Under the pieces are notes generated by a model. That model ran no database searches. It worked only from the letters and a program-made list of their open reading frames with translations, and was not told the origin of the DNA. Below are positions 46,019 through 55,034 of a DNA stretch of 64,000 nucleotides, piece by piece. The DNA comes from a virus (Duplodnaviria > Heunggongvirae > Uroviricota > Caudoviricetes). The stretch's first letter is position 1; each line of letters begins with the position of its first letter. A program made the position numbers and the translations under genes. The stretch is taken from the IMG/VR virus record IMGVR_UViG_3300027917_004307, one strand, 5' to 3'.

Positions 46019-49000
46019 TTATATCGCTGGCTTCTCTTCTTCCTCACCTGCTTCTTCGCCCTCTTCGCCCTCTTCCTCACCACCGAGGATATCTTCGATT
46101 TCCTCTTCGCCACCTTCCTCACCCCCTTCTGGCAGCTCTGGGGCTTCTTCTTCGCCAGCCTCTCCTAAGTCTGGAATGTTAGCTTCAGGAGGACCCTCTG
46201 GCGCACCACCCATTATTTCCGCGCCACCGCCGGACCCAAGATCTAATGATTTGACAACAGAATCAATTACATTGTCGATCGAATCATCAGATGCAACAAT
46301 TACCGCCACGTCTTCAGAGAGGTCTTCATCGTCCTTCTTTTCCCTCTCATTGATGGAGGACTTTTTGTAGCCGATGGGCTTGATGCCCTTAGACGACTTC
46401 TTGTACTGTGCTTCTCCAAGCCCAGGCCCGGCCATCTCAGGATCTCTCACCCCAGGCTCAATCTCGGCGGCGTCTTCAAGGAATCCAGGGCAGTCAGGAT
46501 TGGGGCAAGGTTCGCCAGGTTCGCCAGTGGTCCTTTCCATACAGTCGTAGCAGATGCACTCAGTGCCTTTGTCCATCCCGAATTCTCTGAACCTGGCGGT
46601 CATCGGCCTGCGATGGTATGGTCCGTAAATCCACTCAGGATCTTCAAGCTCGCTGAGGACATTCAGTGCTGCTTCGTCAGATCTCAATGCTTCCTTCAGC
46701 GATTTAACAGCAGCCCCAACGGAATCCTTCTTGCCTTCCACCAATGCTGCGAATTGCTCCATGAGTTCACTATTTTCGCCAATGGCCTTGTGGATCGTGG
46801 CAAGCCATTCCTTCACGTCTTCAGCCTTTTCCCAAGGCTTACCGCTATCACCGGGCTTGTCGTCATCACTCCCATCACCCTCATCGCCCTCATCGCCCTC
46901 ACTTTTCTTGCCAAACTTGTGCTTCTCAAGGGCCGGTGGTAACTTGCCTTCGGCAACACCGCCCTTGCTCTTGGCGCTAACTTTTTCTGTCTTGCTCCCC
47001 TGGTCACCTGACTTAAGTTCAGCTGAAAGGGTGTCGTCAAGTTTATCAACCCAGCCGCCGCCTTTGTATTGCTTGCCGGTCCCAGGCTGTACCTTCTCTG
47101 GGTTGCCAGCACTCTCGGCAACGCCTTTGCCCTCCGGACGATCCATCATAGCAGACCCGGTGCTTGGCTTTCCAGCATCAGGGTCGTCTTCATTATCGGC
47201 GGGAAGACCATCGTCGGATAGACCCTTCTTTTGCACGCCCTTGCCGCCTTGGTTGTCCATTTTCTGGCCGGATCCGCTTGAATAATCGGCATCACCAACG
47301 CTCTTGTTTGCAATACCCTTGCCCTTTGGGCTACCCATCTTTGGGTCACCAGAGGCTGCCTTGCCCTTGCCAGCGGAACCTGGTTCGCTGCCACTCTTAG
47401 CTGCCACACCCTTACCCTTGGGACTATCCATTTTGGCCCCGTATTCTTCATTGATTTCAGTCTCGCTGCCGACATCAATGCTATCGTATGGATCCTCGAA
47501 GAGTGCATCATCATCTACAACGACGTCATCACCGGTTTCCACCATGACGTCGCGTAAGCTCTCGAATTGCTCTTTGAGATCCTTCGCATCAAGTGTATCG
47601 CAACGCTTGATGTACTCTGCCATCTTGGCACTGTACTTGTTAAAGCCATCATCTTCGGCGAGGAAAATGTGCCCATCAGTCTTCCATTTGTCAAGTTCAG
47701 CGCTGAGTTGATCGACGGTCATTTCCTCGATGACGACTTCCTTATCCTTCTGTTCAGACTCGGGAAGCGGCGGCAATCCTTCCTCCCCTTCCTCCTCCTC
47801 GCCTCCCATCGGTAGCTCTACCACTGGGCCAGCAGGCTCCTCTTCCTGAATCGGCTCGTCACCAGGAATCTCGCTGTAAGTCTCAAGCGTCACAATACGA
47901 TCAATCAGGGTGTCAGGAATGCTGCATAGAAGCTGTTCGGCTTCCATGATGATGTCGGTTGCAGGTTCTGGCTCTTCAAGCTCAGCAATCATCGACTCAA
48001 CCTGGTTGGCCAAGTCTTCCTTTCCTTCCATCTTGGTCAAAATAGAATTGATGACCTTGAGCGTGGTGAGATATGCTTTGGCGCGAGCGGCCTGAACACT
48101 GACGCTCTCATTGAAGAGCTTACCGAGAAACGAATCATAATCCTTTGAGAAGCTCTCAGAAGACTCAAGCAGCTTCACATTGTGAAGCATCTCTGAATTT
48201 TCTGCCTTGATCGCCGTCTTCTCCCAGGCTTCACAGATTGATTGGTGGTTAACCTTTAGGTTCGTGCGATAGAATAACATCGCAACATCTTCGGCCAGAA
48301 GCGAATTAAATTCACACTTCGTTGCCAATGCTTGTTCAACCAGATTCTTGATCCCATCAGCATCTAACAAACAGAATTCCTGCTCCTCGCTAAGGAATTT
48401 GGCCGCCACTTTGACGGCTTCCTTGATCTCACCGGATGATACCATTCCGGCAATATTCCTAATCATACTGCTAAATTTATCCGATTTCCAAGCACTCTCC
48501 GCCACCGACTTCATATGCTTGGCGACGAGACGACGCCTTGTCATTTCATTCACAGGAATGTTGAACTTCTCACCAGTTTCAGGGAATTCAGCCTTGATCA
48601 CCCTGCCATTGTCATCCACTTCGACAAATTCAGAAATTGCCGAGCAGAATGCTTCCGTAATGGCTGGAATGTCATACTTCTCGCCTTCCATATCCACAGG
48701 GACGTGGTGGGCGAGCTGATCCTTAGTCGTTACCCAACCACTCTCAGGTATTACAGACGGACGGAACCTGCCGTTCTCTATGATCCTATAAATATGTTCC
48801 GCTTCTTTGAAATCATCCGCTGCCAGACTCTCTACCAGACTGATGCAATGCTGGTCGAAAGACTCAGACTTCTGCTCGTCTACGATCTTAATCGGCTGTA
48901 TATTGCTAATTTCTACCTTGCCATGCGGTTTCTTTGCAATCTTAGCATGGTGGTAGGAATTGGCTTCAACATCCTCGAAGATCATTGAGTTGGCTTCGAG

Positions 49001-49162
49001 AGCAACAAGCCGGAAATTCTTTCCAGCCTCTTCCCCGAGCTTATTCACAATTCCTTCGAAGAATACTACCTTAGATTGAGCCGACGTGTTGATCGCACGC
49101 AGAAACTTCCTGGCATCCATAGTCAGCGGAGCCGGAGACGTGTTCTGATCTGTGCTGGGCAT
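46019..49162 (-). CDS. giant acidic low-complexity protein (1047 aa) with PKGKG repeats, Cys cluster and poly-Glu tail
   Basis: Repeats KMDSPKGKGVAAK / KMGSPKGKGIANK / KMDNQGGKGVQKK / MMDRPEGKGVAES. Cys cluster CICYDCMERTTGEPGEPCPNPDCPG. C-terminal GEEGGEEEIEDILGGEEEGEEGEEAGEEEEK. Sits between the portal and prohead protease, where gp67/gp68 lie in T4. Confidence 0.45.
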   Translation of the reverse strand: MPSTDQNTSPAPLTMDARKFLRAINTSAQSKVVFFEGIVNKLGEEAGKNFRLVALEANSMIFEDVEANSYHHAKIAKKPHGKVEISNIQPIKIVDEQKSESFDQHCISLVESLAADDFKEAEHIYRIIENGRFRPSVIPESGWVTTKDQLAHHVPVDMEGEKYDIPAITEAFCSAISEFVEVDDNGRVIKAEFPETGEKFNIPVNEMTRRRLVAKHMKSVAESAWKSDKFSSMIRNIAGMVSSGEIKEAVKVAAKFLSEEQEFCLLDADGIKNLVEQALATKCEFNSLLAEDVAMLFYRTNLKVNHQSICEAWEKTAIKAENSEMLHNVKLLESSESFSKDYDSFLGKLFNESVSVQAARAKAYLTTLKVINSILTKMEGKEDLANQVESMIAELEEPEPATDIIMEAEQLLCSIPDTLIDRIVTLETYSEIPGDEPIQEEEPAGPVVELPMGGEEEEGEEGLPPLPESEQKDKEVVIEEMTVDQLSAELDKWKTDGHIFLAEDDGFNKYSAKMAEYIKRCDTLDAKDLKEQFESLRDVMVETGDDVVVDDDALFEDPYDSIDVGSETEINEEYGAKMDSPKGKGVAAKSGSEPGSAGKGKAASGDPKMGSPKGKGIANKSVGDADYSSGSGQKMDNQGGKGVQKKGLSDDGLPADNEDDPDAGKPSTGSAMMDRPEGKGVAESAGNPEKVQPGTGKQYKGGGWVDKLDDTLSAELKSGDQGSKTEKVSAKSKGGVAEGKLPPALEKHKFGKKSEGDEGDEGDGSDDDKPGDSGKPWEKAEDVKEWLATIHKAIGENSELMEQFAALVEGKKDSVGAAVKSLKEALRSDEAALNVLSELEDPEWIYGPYHRRPMTARFREFGMDKGTECICYDCMERTTGEPGEPCPNPDCPGFLEDAAEIEPGVRDPEMAGPGLGEAQYKKSSKGIKPIGYKKSSINEREKKDDEDLSEDVAVIVASDDSIDNVIDSVVKSLDLGSGGGAEIMGGAPEGPPEANIPDLGEAGEEEAPELPEGGEEGGEEEIEDILGGEEEGEEGEEAGEEEEKPAI

Positions 49163-49232
49163 GTTATATTCTCCTAATCTCAGATTTACTATTCTAGTCT
49201 ATATTTGCTGGAATGGGGTTTTGTAACTTTAA

Positions 49233-51047
49233 TTATCCTGTGAGGTTATCTTCCTCGTCGCCTGAGTGTATTGATTCTAGCAATATTTTCATTTCCTTCT
49301 TAGCTGATTTTCGATCTATAGGATCGATGACGCTATCGACCAATAATGCATCGTCCTTACCCTTCAACCCATCCAATTCATTATTGTTAAGCAAGAATTC
49401 AAAGCTTGATGAATATCTCGTTGGTACGGTAGGAACTTTGTTCTCGCTTTCCTCAATCATCTCCATGAGTGTTTTCTCTGTCTTGGCATCATAACTTTCT
49501 AGAGCGCCACCCATCATTTCTCCACCTTCTCCACCTCCACCACCTCCACCACCTTCTCCACCTTCTCCACCTCCACCACCTTCTCCGCCAAGAAGACCAC
49601 CACCGAGACCGCCACCGAGACCACCACCGAGACCACCGCCTTTACCACCTTCGCCACCCATTTCAAGTCCTTCTTCCATGGCTTTCTTTTTTTCTTCTTG
49701 CATTTGTCTAATTTCGTCTTCAGTCATATCTGTGAATCTCTTCAAGATCCACTCATCAGGAAATAATTCAGTACCCTTTAAAGCATCAATTACGTCTGCC
49801 CTGGAAGCCCAGGTCTCAATCCTATACAACTCGTCAATTGCAGAACTAGCAGTCATGTGCAACGAGAAGTTCTTGAGGTCCTTTTCTGAATAGCCCCTCA
49901 AAGCAAGATGGACGATAGCTGCCTTTTTGAGACCCATAGCTGCTTCACGTTGTACCCATTGCACAGCTTTGGCAAACTCGGGTGACACTTGCGATAACGA
50001 CTTGGTTTCGTTCTCTCCAGATTCGCCAATCCCAACTCTGCTGTACGGAATCTTGAGTCCAGAGATCATTTTCTTCTTGAAGTACTCAATATCTGCTATT
50101 TGATCGAGGTTTTCAGCGCCTGGTAGAGTCTCAACTTTAGGGCCGGTGCCGTCTGATCTCATGGGCAGCCAGAAATCATCTTCTTGTATAAGTGGATTCC
50201 ATCGCTCATTCACATCGCCAGTTGCTGGATCAAAGAATCTCCTTTTCTTGAATGTGTTCGCTATCTTCTCCATGTAACCAGGAATTTCATGAGTCGGAAT
50301 TTGGCCGACAGGAATTGTGAAAACGCGCTTCTCGGGCGCACGGGTCAAACGATAGATAATTGCCGCATCTTCCATCAAGCGAAGCTGCTTGAAGTGTTTC
50401 CTCGCGCCGTTTAACAGTGATCGGCCATATGGATGAAATAAATTCTCATATGAAGTAAGCCTCATATGCATCACTTGCCACGGGTGTAAGAATTCTGGAC
50501 TCCTAACCAATTCATCTTGGTAAAAGAATCCTACAAGATCACCGAATTTAGTCTCAACCCTAGTAAAATTATAAATATTCATGAATCTGATACTTGCAAC
50601 ACCATCCCTATTCTTAGTCGGAATTATCTCAGCAGGGAAATCACCATACTTGACCAAGTACCTGATCATTGGACGCAGGGTATTGTCGATCAATAGAGTA
50701 TCATAAAATAGCTCTTCAAGTTCATTCTTGACTGCTTTGGTCTTGGCCTTTACCATTATTGAGTGTTTTGACTCACTGTCAATTAATGAAGCTTCATCTG
50801 AATATAAATCCAACGCGAGAGACATCTCGCCGACTTCATCCATCTGGTCGTAGTCTTTATACCTCTCTAAGCGATTAATATGAAGATTTGTTTGTTCTAG
50901 AAGTGCATGTTGCGAAGATAGATTTATGAAATCGCCTGAAGCAATTAATTTGTCAATCGACGATTGGTCAGTGAACAGATTGTCGCCACGATAAACATTG
51001 CTTTGCTTGAAATAAGCGGCGATTCTGTCAAATAATTGCCAGCTCAT
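49233..51047 (-). CDS. portal protein, T4 gp20-like, with C-terminal Gly-rich insertion
   Basis: 'AIIYRLTRAPEKRVFTIPVG' aligns with T4 gp20 '[21 protein letters not shown]'. 604 aa versus 524 in T4, the extra length being a (GGE/GGL)n tract. Confidence 0.8.
   Translation of the reverse strand: MSWQLFDRIAAYFKQSNVYRGDNLFTDQSSIDKLIASGDFINLSSQHALLEQTNLHINRLERYKDYDQMDEVGEMSLALDLYSDEASLIDSESKHSIMVKAKTKAVKNELEELFYDTLLIDNTLRPMIRYLVKYGDFPAEIIPTKNRDGVASIRFMNIYNFTRVETKFGDLVGFFYQDELVRSPEFLHPWQVMHMRLTSYENLFHPYGRSLLNGARKHFKQLRLMEDAAIIYRLTRAPEKRVFTIPVGQIPTHEIPGYMEKIANTFKKRRFFDPATGDVNERWNPLIQEDDFWLPMRSDGTGPKVETLPGAENLDQIADIEYFKKKMISGLKIPYSRVGIGESGENETKSLSQVSPEFAKAVQWVQREAAMGLKKAAIVHLALRGYSEKDLKNFSLHMTASSAIDELYRIETWASRADVIDALKGTELFPDEWILKRFTDMTEDEIRQMQEEKKKAMEEGLEMGGEGGKGGGLGGGLGGGLGGGLLGGEGGGGGEGGEGGGGGGGGEGGEMMGGALESYDAKTEKTLMEMIEESENKVPTVPTRYSSSFEFLLNNNELDGLKGKDDALLVDSVIDPIDRKSAKKEMKILLESIHSGDEEDNLTG
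49515..49660. repeat. Gly-codon low-complexity tract (ccacc/tcc repeats) encoding the GGEGGKGGGLGGGLGGG... insertion in the portal
   Basis: Read directly from the sequence. Confidence 0.85.
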
Positions 51048-51116
51048 TTTATTCTCTTAATGTATCTGTTCTTAGGCGGCACAGACATTTTTGCCCATCC
51101 ATGGCATCCCAATCTA

Positions 51117-53420
51117 TCATTTAGGTCTCTTAGGAATAGTCAAGTTGTGCTTTTTTGGCCTTACAATCCTAATGTTATTTTTGGTTTTGCCTAGGGTAAT
51201 TCCACCAATTTGTTGCTGAAATTTTCTAATTTCATCCTCAGCCTTTATTTTGCCACTATCCACTTCGCTACTAACATTAAATGGCAACATTATATTTTTA
51301 CTAGCTATAGAATTCAGATCGAATTTGCTAGTCGGATCAGATAATGGAACGTCGAAATTATGATACGGTAATAAATTATGTCCACCTATCCTAACTGCAT
51401 CGCCAACACCAATCAGCGACAATGCTGTAGCGATGACCAAGTCGTCATTGTTACCTGGACCTGGCTCAGCACCAGTCTTGGTCTCGGTCAATTGGACATA
51501 GATCATCGCTTCTTTATATAGTCTCGAAGAGCATACGACATAACCATCTTCACCTAGTCCGTCTATTAAGCATTTATCCAGTAGAGGCTTACTTTGGCCG
51601 GTAGTTGAGAATCCAAGATGCCCGGCTTTAACTTTCAGATCTGCTCTCTTCCTTCTACTCCTATATATGTTCGGGTATGCTAAATCTTCGAATAATTCTT
51701 GGCAGGTGGCTTTGCCGATGCCAGTATTTTCAACTACTGCCAGTGCATTATTATACCACCTGCCAATAAAGTCTATCATCTTCGCAAAGACTTTGGGCCT
51801 GACTTTAATCTTCAGTTCTGCTACTTGTTCGCCCTCATTGATATCAAAAACTTCGATGGCACTGAAATCCTGCCCTTCGCCAGTGGCTACGTCACAACCA
51901 AGCACATACTGGTGCGGCGGTTCACCGGTCTCTTCGTTCCCCTTGTTTGGCTTCTTCCAGACCCACAATTCATCCCTAAAATCAAGGACTTCCCTCTCCT
52001 CAGTCGTAGGATTGACATAATCCTGTAAACCAACCGTCTTATAATTTTTCCCATGAATCGCAACTGTATTCCCAATTATTGATAATGTCTGTCTCGATAA
52101 GACCGTATGGCCAGTACCGACGAATTCAGCAAGAACCTCTTGTCTGAATTTAGAGTCATCACCTTTTTCAGTAAGGTTTCTGTATTCAGTGTCAAGCCAC
52201 GGACTCCAATACGGCCCGAATTTTTCTATCTCATCTGGCGTTTTGCATTCACGAAGACCAGCAGTGGGACATATAGATATCGTATTGCCAGAGAACTCAT
52301 CCTTAAATGGAATCTTCCATGTCATATCCCACCAATTGATCACTATCGGATTGAAGTCATTTTGGTTTGATTCAGCGTCAGTCCAGAATCTCCAATACCA
52401 ATTACCAACACCCTTAACAGTTGAAATAACAATGGCGCGACCACCATGCTGGAGTGTAGGCCAGCCACCACTCCACATATCATCCATATGAGGCATAAAC
52501 GCCGCTTCATCGATGATATTTAACGACGACGCATTCGAGCGCAGAGTATCGGGGCTAGATGTTAAGCTGGTAATCGTAGAGCCGTTAGGAAATCCTATTT
52601 TGTGTTCGTTGCTCATGCCACCAGCTGCTGGATCTATCGACCAAATTTGCTGCATCCACGACGGCAAGTGCCCAAACGCCAACTTAACATTCTTTTTTAA
52701 AAAATCCTTGGCGTCCTTGTCTCGTTTTGACACGATCAGTACAGTTTTGTGACCAAAAAACATCGCATACCAAAGAGCAAAGGCACCGGATAACGTAGAA
52801 ATACCGCAATTATGAACAACAGCTCCATCAACAATGTAGTTATTGTATGGTGGGACTCTTAAATCATAAACTTGGCATTCCAAATTTGTTGGTTTTACTG
52901 ACTTTATTTCAGATTCGGCTATTTCCATACGATCGTTGATTTCGATTATCCTATCGCCTTGGTTTAATGATCCAATATTACGCCATCCACCAGGCGTCTT
53001 AAATTCATGATTGCTGGTAAAAAATGATTTGTGCCCGTTTTTGCTATTAACCTCAACTAAGTCGTCAGAAATCCCATTGTTGTACACATCCTCAACAACA
53101 CTAACGACAACACCATCATTGCTTAGCGAATAAACTTGATCGCCATTTTTTATTGAATCTATCCTTATTGGCCCGCTTGGTGTCCATACTTGAGAGTCAT
53201 CACGTGCGCATTGCCTGCATTTTCTATAAATGTTGAACCGTTTTGTCATGAAGTCTCTGATACTATCGATTTGATAGTCGAATAGGTTAAATGGGATGAT
53301 TCCTGCCCGTGGGTGTTGGATCTTACAGAAAGTTTTTATAAAGAATACCGGGCTTCTCTGGCATTTACGTATTAGTTTTTTTAATTGCTTTGGGTTAACC
53401 ATCGTCATCCATACCGTCAT
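51117..53420 (-). CDS. terminase large subunit (gp17-like) interrupted by a mini-intein in the ATPase P-loop
   Basis: After the intein is removed, 'RKCRQ|CGISTLSGAFALWYAMFFGHKTVLIVSK' aligns with T4 gp17 '[32 protein letters not shown]'. Extein length is about 633 aa. It directly precedes the portal gene. Confidence 0.85.
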   Translation of the reverse strand: MTVWMTMVNPKQLKKLIRKCQRSPVFFIKTFCKIQHPRAGIIPFNLFDYQIDSIRDFMTKRFNIYRKCRQCARDDSQVWTPSGPIRIDSIKNGDQVYSLSNDGVVVSVVEDVYNNGISDDLVEVNSKNGHKSFFTSNHEFKTPGGWRNIGSLNQGDRIIEINDRMEIAESEIKSVKPTNLECQVYDLRVPPYNNYIVDGAVVHNCGISTLSGAFALWYAMFFGHKTVLIVSKRDKDAKDFLKKNVKLAFGHLPSWMQQIWSIDPAAGGMSNEHKIGFPNGSTITSLTSSPDTLRSNASSLNIIDEAAFMPHMDDMWSGGWPTLQHGGRAIVISTVKGVGNWYWRFWTDAESNQNDFNPIVINWWDMTWKIPFKDEFSGNTISICPTAGLRECKTPDEIEKFGPYWSPWLDTEYRNLTEKGDDSKFRQEVLAEFVGTGHTVLSRQTLSIIGNTVAIHGKNYKTVGLQDYVNPTTEEREVLDFRDELWVWKKPNKGNEETGEPPHQYVLGCDVATGEGQDFSAIEVFDINEGEQVAELKIKVRPKVFAKMIDFIGRWYNNALAVVENTGIGKATCQELFEDLAYPNIYRSRRKRADLKVKAGHLGFSTTGQSKPLLDKCLIDGLGEDGYVVCSSRLYKEAMIYVQLTETKTGAEPGPGNNDDLVIATALSLIGVGDAVRIGGHNLLPYHNFDVPLSDPTSKFDLNSIASKNIMLPFNVSSEVDSGKIKAEDEIRKFQQQIGGITLGKTKNNIRIVRPKKHNLTIPKRPK
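52810..53211 (-). mobile_element. mini-intein (Hint domain only, 134 aa) within the large terminase
   Basis: Begins at Cys 'CARDDSQVWTPSGPIRIDSI' (block A). Block B is 'KSFFTSNHEF'. Ends '...QVYDLRVPPYNNYIVDGAVVHN' followed by a +1 Cys. No endonuclease domain. Confidence 0.8.
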
Positions 53421-53955
53421 CGTCCCCGAGAAGTTTAGACAGATCGATATTTGTCACATTTTCCTGCACGATCTGCGTTCCTTTGACGGCAGAAATCATT
53501 CGGCTCATCGAGTCCAGTAGTTTAATAATAGTAGCGTTAGTCTCTGCCTTTGTCCTGTGCGCTGATACTAAGCCTTCGACTATAAACTCCCTAGGTGTCT
53601 TAGAATCAATAAAAATATCTCTGATCCTTTGGATTGTATCTTCTATCGCTTCTCTATCATTATGGTAGTTATTTAATATTGTTTCAGCAATATTATTAAA
53701 TTTCTCATAGACTGCCCTAATATCAACGGCACCGTCCGCTTGCCCCACACCATCAATTACCTCAGCTATAGCTTCCTGGTGCTTTGCTGGTGGTTCTATG
53801 TCATGGTCAGGATCAGGATCAGGATCTATCACTGATTCAGGCTCCTTCTCCGCTTGCTCGAACGGATCTTTAGCCTTATCCAGCAATTCCATAAGCTCTT
53901 CGTCGTTTATCGGCTGATCTGGCTGATCAGATCCTGCCTTCTCTTCTTCAGGCAT
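53395..53955 (-). CDS. putative terminase small subunit (gp16-like), acidic
   Basis: 186 aa immediately upstream of TerL. Loose similarity of 'FIVEGLVSAHRTKAETNATIIKLLDSM' to T4 gp16 '[25 protein letters not shown]'. Confidence 0.4.
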   Translation of the reverse strand: MPEEEKAGSDQPDQPINDEELMELLDKAKDPFEQAEKEPESVIDPDPDPDHDIEPPAKHQEAIAEVIDGVGQADGAVDIRAVYEKFNNIAETILNNYHNDREAIEDTIQRIRDIFIDSKTPREFIVEGLVSAHRTKAETNATIIKLLDSMSRMISAVKGTQIVQENVTNIDLSKLLGDDDGMDDDG

Positions 53956-55034
53956 TCTAAATATTCCGGAATACTAATCGTACTTTCTGACAGAACCGCG
54001 TTTATTCTCTCAGACACTAGTTTGACTGTTGGTGCTATGCTACCCAATTCACTTCTACCAAGCATCGTCTCCAAAATTCTGCTACTTGCATCTAACTGTT
54101 CGTATGACAGGATGTTCAAATCAGTGTCTGGGTCTTGGATGAGAGATACTATTAAATCGGCCCCCTCTTTTATTTTGTCTTCCCTCATGCGATCGGCTTT
54201 TCTCTTTTCATTCGGCCTGTCAGCTTTACGCTCCTTATACCTCTGGTCTTCGTTCGACTTATCCCTCTTTGGCGTAACTTTTGTAGGGTCTGGCATCCTC
54301 ATTGGGACTCTACGTCCTTTGTCCTGATTCTTAGATTTAAGTGATTTCCTAGTTTTCAAAGCGACTTGGTTATCGTGAGATAGAGGGGCAATCCCACGCC
54401 CCTCAACGGTGGTGCTGTCGGTTGTTTTAACAGTATCGATACCATCCTGCTCGACTTCGGCTGGTTCTATCCTAAGTGACCTCAATATCGTATCATCATA
54501 TTCTGCTGTAACATTGAAGACTGATCCACGATACTTGACTGGGGCTATAATGGCTTGATCGGCCAGTTCGTTTTCCAATCCCTCGATAACAGAAGCGTCA
54601 ACGATGGCAATCTTACCAGTTGGAGCAGTAAATTCTTCCTCAAAGTTCTCAGGTTCTTCAGCTATTTCCTCGTCTTCTTTGAGCGGCCACATTGGCTCAT
54701 CATTAGATGCTTCTGGCAGGCCAAATTTGTTGTCGATTAGGGCAGCAGCACGCTTGTGGCATATCGGCACATTTACCTTAATTGTACCAACAGCTTTGTC
54801 GTCATTGATTTTGTCAATGACGACACCACCATCGAGACTGTATCTAAACCACAATTGAGACCCATCTCCAACCCTAACCACCACGAGTGCCTGGCCATGT
54901 GCGTCGGTTTTACTGCTGATTCTGCCGACATCTATTCCATATGCTTTTTTGAGCTGTTTTCTAACACTCTTAGCATATTTTCTCAATGAAACCATTTTGT
55001 CTTCAGTTTCAGCCATCGTATTCGTCCTCTTCAT
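53907..55034 (-). CDS. hypothetical basic/acidic protein
   Basis: 375 aa with a K/R/D/E-rich C-terminal half. Confidence 0.4.
   Translation of the reverse strand: MKRTNTMAETEDKMVSLRKYAKSVRKQLKKAYGIDVGRISSKTDAHGQALVVVRVGDGSQLWFRYSLDGGVVIDKINDDKAVGTIKVNVPICHKRAAALIDNKFGLPEASNDEPMWPLKEDEEIAEEPENFEEEFTAPTGKIAIVDASVIEGLENELADQAIIAPVKYRGSVFNVTAEYDDTILRSLRIEPAEVEQDGIDTVKTTDSTTVEGRGIAPLSHDNQVALKTRKSLKSKNQDKGRRVPMRMPDPTKVTPKRDKSNEDQRYKERKADRPNEKRKADRMREDKIKEGADLIVSLIQDPDTDLNILSYEQLDASSRILETMLGRSELGSIAPTVKLVSERINAVLSESTISIPEYLECLKKRRQDLISQISR

Noticed and set aside
41667-51120. T4-type late promoter TATAAATA upstream of capsid, scaffold and portal genes
   Set aside because: Reverse-complementing the upstream regions (41667-41700, 42533-42600, 51048-51120) showed no TATAAATA. 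The genes appear translationally coupled with SD sequences instead, so no promoter call was made.
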